Shown here one piece after another: positions 54,905-64,000 of a stretch of 64,000 nt of DNA. Under the pieces are notes generated by a model. That model did no database searches. It was not told the origin of the DNA and saw only the letters and a list, made by a program, of their open reading frames with translations. Position 1 is the stretch's first letter; every line of letters begins with the position of its first letter. The stretch is from Eledone cirrhosa (taxonomy: Eukaryota), in contig OZ024745.1 of assembly GCA_964016885.1 (NCBI GenBank), positions 37,572,001-37,636,000 of the forward strand, written 5' to 3'. The translations under genes and the position numbers were made by a program.

Positions 54905-57900
54905 CTAGCTGACGTACCCAGCTTCGCCCGGGTAAACAGATGATAAGAGAAGACAGGTAAAAGAGAAAATGACTGTATTGGATGTTTGTCTGGTTACAGT
55001 ATGACGCGAGTCCGTGGTGTCTGTGTGATACAAAAAACAGTAAAAACAATCTTCCAGATATAACGGATTCTTCGTTGTACCGTTTGTGCATAGTATATGA
55101 ACAATTCTACGTGCTCCCACCTAGAATAGTGACCTCTAGGAGATGGTTCATCTTCTGTCTGACTGTAAACCGTGTATCATTGCATAGGCGTGGTTGTTCC
55201 ATGTTTCTCAAAAGGATGATGGACGTTCCAATCTTTTATATTATATGTAGATATAGATAATTAATATAAAAGATGTCTGTGAATGTAAAAGAGGTCCCTA
55301 TTTACTTGAAATGGTTTATACAAATGCCAAATTAATATGGATATGGATAACATGCTTATCTATAAGTGGTCAGCTATAATAATAAAACAACAATTTATAT
55401 GATACAAAAATATATTCAGTAATTTCCAGGTCTTAGCCACTGAGTAATAGACAGTCAATGTTGCCCAGAGTTCAACTCGGGGAGGTGGCCTGGTTTGAAC
55501 TCCAAATGGCGGATCCTTCTACTTCGAAAATAGAATCGCTTTTCAATATTACTCTAGCCCTGGCCGGCCATAGGATCCAACCTTTTTGCCAGACTCAGCA
55601 TATGATGAGGTTTTATTACCACCGCAATCAGAAGCGTTAAATTTGAAGGCAATTTCTACCAATACTTGTTGGTTTTTATTGCTCAACGACAATAAATGAC
55701 GTTGAACAGAAATGAAAACTGTCAAAGCTCACAATACTGATCAAAGGACACCAATGTCCGAATCATTTACGTCGCTTATTGATAGCATTAAAGATATGCA
55801 TACATCAGCTCAAAGCTTCATTATAGACAATATTCAGGGTTGTTCCTCTGTTAGTGGTATCAATTGCAAATTTTATACCATCAGGATCGCACACTCGAGA
55901 TGCAGCAACATACAGTTGCCCATGGCTGAATGCTGGACCATTCAAGTAGACACGGACTCGCTTGAAAGTCTGTCCCTGTGCCTTGTTGACAGTCATGGAG
56001 AAGGCCAAATTGACGGGAAACTGTCTCCTTTGCCAAATGAATGGCAGCTGATTTTCACTTGGTCTCAGCATGATCCTCGGAATGAATAGCTTTTGGATAC
56101 TCTTGCCATAATATCAGGACGGTCCTTTGGCTGTTGTCCTGGCAAAAGTGCATCCTTAATATCAGTCCATTCAGGATTGTATGTAACCGTTATAAACAAA
56201 TCTGGCTTTCCAAACTTTCTGACAATAGCCATTGCATCCTGATAGCGAATGTTCATATATCTCGGGCCGCCGATGAACGACGATGGCAAAATGATGCGTC
56301 GACCAATTTGCTTGTAATTGGCATCATCGGCTGTTATCGCATCCTGTATATTATTATACAATTCAGCTCTGATATGTTGCTGATGTGTAGCTATATAATT
56401 TAGCCTTTGATTATCGATCTTTGCGAATGCCATACAAAAGTATTCCAGGAACAATCTGCTGGCTTGAAATAGTGCATTTCTCTGTTGATTACTCTCGTTC
56501 AAATGGAACGTGTAAAAGTCGCGAATCGAATTATTGTGTCTATTGCTGCTGATTCTCATGATCATCTAAATGAACAGACATGTTTCATCCATTTTCATCT
56601 TTTTGGAATAAAAGAACATAAATGTATGCCCTATTTACCTCATTGATAGTCTTGAGACCACTATCTCTGCGATTGACGACGATATCACTCGATCCAGGCT
56701 TATCGTCCATCAACACAGCAACTTCACGAAATCGTTCAGGGATATTATATCGCCGTTCGTGTTGATTATTTGGCACTGCGTCAGCCTTAATCACCAATGT
56801 TTGCTGCTGAACATTTTGCAGCTCAGCCACCAACATGAAATCCAAACATAAGGATTACACTGTTTAAGCCATGATTGCAAATCACTGATCAAATCACTTA
56901 ACCTCTGCCGTTCAAGTTCAGTTATATTTCCCGGCAACTTCATCCAACCGATCCTGATATCCTCCTCCGATTCACTATAATCTGGATCGTTAACGTAAAT
57001 TTGAGCGAATCGAGGCCTCTCTCCTGAGGTAACTTCTAAATTACCGATACAATGATACAAACGGCCTTGCCTTGAATGACTACATTCGGTTGCCATGCAC
57101 CACTCTCAAACATTCACTAACTCTCTGCGATGCTAAAGCTAATGAATTGTTAATTTGCCGCGAATATTTGCGCAGTAATCTACCCCGGTCTCCTTGATCA
57201 CACCACATACTTAGTATTTTAAACTCCGGTGACACCTCATCATCCGGCATTCGCAAGGGTTCTAGTTGAACTACTCCTTTATGACAGCACATTGTGGTCC
57301 ACGTCTTTTCGTGCCTCCAAAGCAATGCTCCACAATGTGGACACTCTGCTCGTCCACCAACCTGAAAATGACACGGTTGCCATGATCCATTTTTAATATC
57401 ATCCGTTCGCCTTCTAGCCTCTTTACTGGAATGAGGAGCCCTTTGGCGATACATTCTCTGGACATCTGTATTACGCTGGCACTATTCAGCCAGCTCCTCT
57501 TCATCCATCGCAGCACGCCGTAGCTGCTGAATTCTGGCCATCTGCTGATGATGCTCAGCCATTTCGTCTTCAACCATCGCAGCACGCCGTCGCTGCTTGG
57601 CTCCAGTGTTTCGTTGGCGTTGTTCAGCCAGCTCCTCTTCATTCATGGCGACACGTCTTCCCCTCTGAAGTTCGGCGTTCCGATGGTGCTGTTCGGCCCG
57701 TTTTTCTTCATTCCTGGCTGCACGCCGTCGCCGCTGTAGTTCACTGTTTGATAAAGTCGAATTGTTTTTATTATCAGTATTCATTTCGAGCAATTGTCAA
57801 AGAAATGACACAATAATAAATATAAAAGATGTTGGGCGATGTAAAGAAAGGTCCCTATTTACTCCCTTCACAACTCTGTGTATGTTAGACTGACAGACAG

Positions 57901-58421
57901 GCACACAGACAGATAAACTGCGTGACGATTGTGGAACGCCGCATGTACACACACATACACGCACGGAAACGCGCACACGCACGCAAACTTACACACGCAC
58001 TCGTGCACTTACACACGCACCCGTGCACTTACAAACGCACCCATGCACTTACACACACACAAATGTCGATAGTTTTTACTTTCTGTGGAACGCTGCACGC
58101 ACGCACACACATAAATATACGCGCACGTACATACACACGCACACATGTTAATAGTTATTGCTTTCCTTCCCCTCTTATTTCCACACACATCACACATACA
58201 CACACATGTCTCTACACTGAGACATATACATAGTGTATTCAACACAGCGTTCACTTTGCCTCTGTTTCTTACTCTCCCCTCTCACTCCCTCATTAGCATT
58301 ATGCGTATTAATTTAAGTTTGGTGTCGTTGAAGTGGGCGGAGTCGTTTGAAACCTATGAACCAATGATAATCGAGAATTATGACACACGAAATACTGACA
58401 TTGTTGAAATTAATATATAGA
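54905..58421 (-). mobile_element. Helitron, internally deleted derivative of an autonomous element
   Basis: 5' A|TCTATATATTAA at 58421; 3' hairpin TACCCGGGCGAAGCTGGGTA followed by CGTCAGCTAG|T at 54905; Rep/helicase pseudogene inside. Confidence 0.9.
55805..57793 (-). pseudogene. Helitron RepHel pseudogene (frameshifted, large internal deletion)
   Basis: N-terminal RRAAM.EEELAE repeats; zinc finger CPHCGALLW..CCHKG; QGRLYH.IG, FAQIY; IILPSSFIGGPRYM..YQDAMAIVRKFGKPDLFITVTYNPEW..RPDIMARV fused at about 56092 to LFIPRI..RRQFPVNLAFSMTVNKAQGQT..FSHGQLYVAASR. Confidence 0.93.
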
Positions 58422-58519
58422 TATATGTGTGTATGTATATATATATGCGGTAGGAATTTCGTGGATATGAAAGAGAAATATATTATATTAGCATTGGTTG
58501 AAATGAGACAAAACACTCA

Positions 58520-59030
58520 TCCATAGGCCCTGCTGGGTTTGCAGCAATGTTCCTATATACATGCAAACAGACCCTACCAAAACCACTGCATGTCCTCTTC
58601 CAAAATGTTTCCAAGTGATATGTCTTATCTATAAAGGGGGGAACAAATGCTGAAAACTACGGAAATGTGTTCCTGATCTGACATATGAGCAAAGTTATGG
58701 AATGAATTATGAGAAGGAACCTCCGACTATGAGAGGGAAACGGCCAACTAACGGACATTCAACATGGCTTTCGCCTAAGAAGAAGCTGCCTTACACAGTC
58801 TTTACATCATTATGATTGAGTACTGATACAGCTATGAAATCGTTCAATCTTGGATGTAATATATCTTGACTTTGCAAAACTCTTGGTTAAGTTTAGTCAT
58901 GAAATGATATGTCACAGACTACGTAGTCTCAGCATAGTTGGAAAACAAGGTGAGTGGCTGCACAAGGTCATAAACGATGGAAGCTAGACTGTCGCAGACA
59001 ATACAGCTTTTCAAATTAAACATAAGACAT
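58520..59030 (+). mobile_element. CR1/L2-group LINE RT fragment (related to 9041-10290)
   Basis: AENYGNVFL, QHGFRLRRSCLTQ, DVIYLDFAK..HEMICHRL..GEWL with stops. Confidence 0.8.
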
Positions 59031-59786
59031 TCCTTTGGTTGGTAGTACACGAAGGTAGCACAGGTAATCAAGTACCCAACTGATGCTAGTCTCTTACAAC
59101 GAGACTAAATATCTTGCTTTAGCAGAAGGAATTATTTATGTATATTAGATAAACCCTATTAATGAACGATTAGGCTTGTATTTCTTCCAGCTTTTAGTCT
59201 TCGGGGTGTTTGTGTGGTAAACTAAATCCGTCGCTCGGTTTAAACTCACCACCTGACACCTTGCATTCCTTTAGTGAAGTTCGCTCTTCTGTAAGCATTC
59301 GGACAAAATCACTTGTTTCAGGCTAACTTCATCCTTCCTTCCTGGAAGCTTCACAGGTACAAAAAACTAAGAAATATGGGCACTGCTCAACCATGTCTGA
59401 GTAAATGGTAACAAAATTCAAAAATACCTATTCTCAACGGAAATATAGATATGGCCACAACAAATTCGGGCCAGCTGTATATATTCCTTTTTTATTTTAT
59501 TTTATTTTATTTTATCTAAAGTACTATATTCACAGTAAAGTGTGATATTGGGAAAATATCGCTGTGATTTATAGCAAATCGAGTATAGAGTCTCTCCCAT
59601 TGGCTCCATCAAAAATGTTTAAATATTACTTGAAGAAACGGCATGAGTCACCGAAAGTCTAGGATAGTAAAGAAGCTACAAATCAGCTTCATGTATTTCT
59701 TTGTCTTCCATACACGAACATATACTTGATGATATTCACACACATAGACAAGCTTGTATGTATGCACACATCCCTGTATACGTTCC

Positions 59787-59823
<37 letters not shown>

Positions 59824-59832
59824 ACACACACA

Positions 59833-59914
<82 letters not shown>

Positions 59915-60140
59915 GCGTTTCCTGCATAAATGCAAGGTATGCAATGCACGCCTAAGATACAAAAATGAATGAAATGAATGCAAATAACAAATACGATTTT
60001 AATACAAATCGTTAGTTTTTATGAGAGACAGCTGCAAAGAGAGACATACATTCTATATGTACTCCACTTCAATTATATGGTTTTGATTTCTAAAATTGAA
60101 TATTCTAGTTTTAAGTGCCAGGACTCGTACGTTATTATGT

Positions 60141-60243
<103 letters not shown>

Positions 60244-60686
60244 CAGGGTGAATATAATAAATTGTTCCCATTTTTACTTTTATCTACATTATTCATTTTT
60301 TGAGAAAAATTGAAAACACTCCGGATATCTTTAGTTCAAACCATTAAAAACAACATACCATAGATTCACTATTTTCGGGTGTTTTCCACCAGAGTTGCAG
60401 CACATCTTCCTAGTGATTTCCATTTGAATCTATGCATATTTTGAAGCGCATGCGGAAGTTTAGCATAACGTATTTACAGACAGACCTGGAGACGTCTCTG
60501 ATCTCCTGCCTGGTGCTTTCCTTTCGTTCAGTGACTCTCCTGGGTTTGTTGACTTACCCTATCCTTCACATAGTTCCAAAGAAGGAAATCTGGTGAGCTT
60601 AAACCAGGGATGTGTGGGGCCCACTCAAAACCAGTTTTCGAACTAATCAGTTTGTATTCTGTTGGGGTATCATGTGTGTACACTTA

Positions 60687-60690
<4 letters not shown>
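60244..60690 (-). mobile_element. Tc1/mariner-superfamily transposon 3' fragment
   Basis: TA|CAGGGTG terminus; minus strand WAPHIPGLSSPDFLLWNYVKDRV (cf. WP..SPDL.P.DF.LWG..K..V) and C..GGKH. Confidence 0.72.
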
Positions 60691-60766
<76 letters not shown>

Positions 60767-61664
60767 ATTCTACTTGGAGGAATACGAACCATACGTAGTT
60801 GTACTCACGAGTTATACACGCAAACAAATATGAATCATACATAGTGGTACACACGAGCCATACACAGAAACACATATGAATCATACGTAGTCGCATATAC
60901 CAACCGTACATAGCAGTACACACGAACCATACGCATTTACATACGGACCACACTCACAGACACGTGCTCGGAGACACAAACACCAACCGCAGTCATACAG
61001 TCGTTGATGGCAGGAAATAGTTGATATAAGTTCCATTCTTCAGCCGTCAGATGACAATGCCATGACGAAGTAGATCATTGTTTCGTTAAGACATCTGGCA
61101 GACATTTGCAGGAACACAGAGTTCTTTACATTCTTCTTCAACACGACCTAAACTATAAAGACTATAAAGGAGATGAGTAAGGAAGGGGTGGATACTCAGA
61201 GTTGTCTGGTGCATGAAAACTTAACAGTAAAGTATGTGCTATCATGCTTGATGAAATAAACCAAGAAATTGTAATTTGAAGGGAAACGGAAAGTCGTTTA
61301 AATTAACCCCAATGCATTAAGGATACTTTATTTTATCAATCCCGTAACAATGTATTGGGTCGTAACTATATGCCGCAAATCATGTTGTCCGACGCTCTTC
61401 CGATACTGCCAATTTACCGCCCTCTACATCATTAATGATAAGAACAATACTGATGGACTGGTAGAATTAGTAAAGCGTCGGATAAAATGCCTTTAGGTTA
61501 TCTGTTCCAGCTCCTCATGCTTACCGTGATAAGTTTTGCCTTTAATCTTTCCGGGCCCGATAAAATATTGAACAAGTCAAGTTCTGGGGCCAATATGATC
61601 GACCACTCACCCCGAATACACGCACACACACGTATACATATATATATATATATATATAAGTATG

Positions 61665-61719
<55 letters not shown>

Positions 61720-61863
61720 AAGGATGAAGAGTAACATGGTTGGCTGTACAATAACTATGGAAGCATCTTGTTGAGTCAAACAAAGCCGTACGTTAAAACT
61801 ATCCACGAAGCGAAGTACTCACAATCTCTAACTGGATTACCTATAAGGATAACTTGTTATCCC

Positions 61864-61910
<47 letters not shown>

Positions 61911-62014
61911 TATGTATATATATATATATATATACATACATATATATGTGTGCGTATATCTATATATATGTATGTATGTATATAAATGTATATATATCTT
62001 TATATGTATATATG

Positions 62015-62093
<79 letters not shown>

Positions 62094-62417
62094 AATTACA
62101 TATATGCGAGTGTGTATGCATACAAATATACACACAAATACCATCTGAATATGGTAAATGCGATAGATATTCGGCATGCTTACTTATTGTTTGTTTTCTT
62201 GTTTCCTTTCATTGCTGAAATATATTGCAATATAACGACTGTAAAATAATAGAGTTTTTCCCGGCGTAACAAACCTTAAACTATTTTATGTAGATTTTTA
62301 TGTGAATCTTCATTTTTATGTTACAAACCGCTTCATTGGTGACAAGTGTAAACTATCCGCTGCTGAGAACTAATACACCCACACTTCACTACCACGTTGA
62401 TACCATTACTGTTGTAG

Positions 62418-62720
62418 TGAAGGCGCGTGATTAATGTTTAGAGTGTTCAGTACATGATCGTATCGTTGTGTGTTCGATTCCCAGTGACACGTTGCGTCCT
62501 TGAGCAAGGCACATTACTTCACGTTGCTTCATTCTTTTCAGCTGGTAAAAAAATAATCGTATTTCAAAGGGACATACATGTCACATACTGTGTTACATCG
62601 AACCTCCTCAAGAATTACATTAAGGATGCATATGTCTGTGGAAAGATCCGTCACTCGAACGTTAATTTCACGTGCAAGGCTCTTCCGCTATTCGAAGAAC
62701 TGTAACAATCGTTATCGGAA
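62418..62720 (+). mobile_element. tRNA-derived SINE (GTGAAGGCG-head family), near full length
   Basis: Head, GTTCGATTCCC, CGTCCTTGAGCAAGGCACATTACTTCACGTTGC core and GAATTACATTAAGG..GTCTGTGGA..TTAATTTCACG tail; tail also seen at 34700, 40850 (minus), 46740, 53150 (minus). Confidence 0.72.
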
Positions 62721-64000
62721 TCTGGTGAGGAAATAGACTCCGATAAGTTAGAAGATGCCCAAGAAACGCCGTATATCACTACAGTGCCCCTGCGACTCCA
62801 TCAGAAGTTAGGGGTTAAAAAGAAGAAAGACAATCGTGTCATTGTTGCTGTTTGTCCTCCTTAATACCGCCATCACCATCACCACCATCACTACAATTAA
62901 ACCCCCCCCCCCTTTAACTCCCCTTCCTCCTCCCCCTCAACCCCCTCCTCATCCTCCTCATCCTCCTACTACTACTAGATATTGCTACTACATATTGAAG
63001 ATGTTGCTGATAGTAATGCTTAATGAGAACAATTCAGTATAAATTCGGTATTTGTGAAACTAGAGATGATATTGAAAATGAGATAATTCCCAAAATCAAT
63101 AGTCTCAGTTTAGAGGTGTTATAGTATTCTCAAACCCAAGGCGGGAGATTGGAATAATCGCTAGTCTTCGGTAAAATGCTTAGTTGTATGTAGTTGCGGC
63201 ACTTAACATTCTGACTTAAAATCAAGCTGAGTTGAACTTTTCTTTTTATCCTTCTAGAATCGATAAAAAATGATTATTTTAACATAAGTTGAGCCTACTT
63301 CTGTAGATCTAAATCTAATTGTATGTAGTTCTAAACACTACATGTGCTTATAAGATTAATGATAGTTACAAGACTTAAAATACTTATAAAATGTTTACAT
63401 TAGACATTATAAATGCTTCTCAGACATATTAAACATTAGCTCATGAAACCTCTGTTAAAGAGTTGTGCAGTTCTAGCATTTCCTCAAAATAAAACCTGTT
63501 CTGTGCTCAAATGAATCCAAGGTCGACCTTGTTTTTCTTCCTTCCAGGAACCAGACAAGTAATGGGTTAAATTTAATTGAATTTTCTCTCGTCCCAAATT
63601 GCTAGAGTTATTCCCATGGCTTATTTAAATTACTGTGGACCCAATACGAATTGCATTGTTGATGAATTTCTCTTTGCCAAATAGCTTACTTAAATCTGAA
63701 ACGATTTTCTTGGTAGGGTAAAAATCTGAAACGATTTTCTAGGTAGGGTAAGTGTCTGATAAAAATAAATATGCTAATCCTATTACTAACATTTCGATAG
63801 TTGATTCTGTCGCACTAAAGGACCAAAGGGTGGGAGTAATAAACCAGGCGACGGATTAAGACTACTTCTGAAATAGGTCAAAGCACGATTTGAACCCAGA
63901 AAGCAGGGGAACAAAATTTTTCGTTAATAAAGTAAAAAAAAAAAAAAAAAAAGCGAAAGTGATTGGAAAGAGATAGTAATAGAAAATAAAGAGAATGTGA

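Noticed and set aside
55712-56403. Plus-strand ORFs inside the Helitron as captured genes
   Set aside because: Antisense shadows of the RepHel pseudogene.

Overview
AT-rich eukaryotic (animal) DNA made almost entirely of microsatellites and decayed mobile elements. The SINE families and huge (TA)n/(CA)n arrays resemble an octopod cephalopod genome (inference from memory, not searched). Nearly all ORFs in the supplied track are microsatellite artefacts, and no intact host gene is supported. Recognisable content: Penelope-like elements (PLEs) with GIY-YIG endonuclease fragments and inverted pseudo-LTRs; at least five families of hammerhead-ribozyme (HHR)-bearing repeats; an internally deleted Rep/helicase Helitron (54905-58421), a fold-back non-autonomous Helitron (18555-19933) and an old helicase remnant; LINE fragments of the CR1, RTE, Tx1, R4/Dong and HERO clades; Tc1/mariner, pogo-like and hAT-like DNA elements; and many tRNA-derived SINEs. 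Most notable: a junction at 14454/14455 where one PLE is fused to a second RNA that ends exactly at its predicted hammerhead cleavage site; several non-canonical hammerheads (very long stem II, altered core); a Helitron palindrome with CTAG|TC end-to-start junctions on both strands; and a hAT-like MITE carrying an inverted pair of tRNA-like motifs. All folds, translations and alignments were done by eye; boundaries of decayed elements are approximate.
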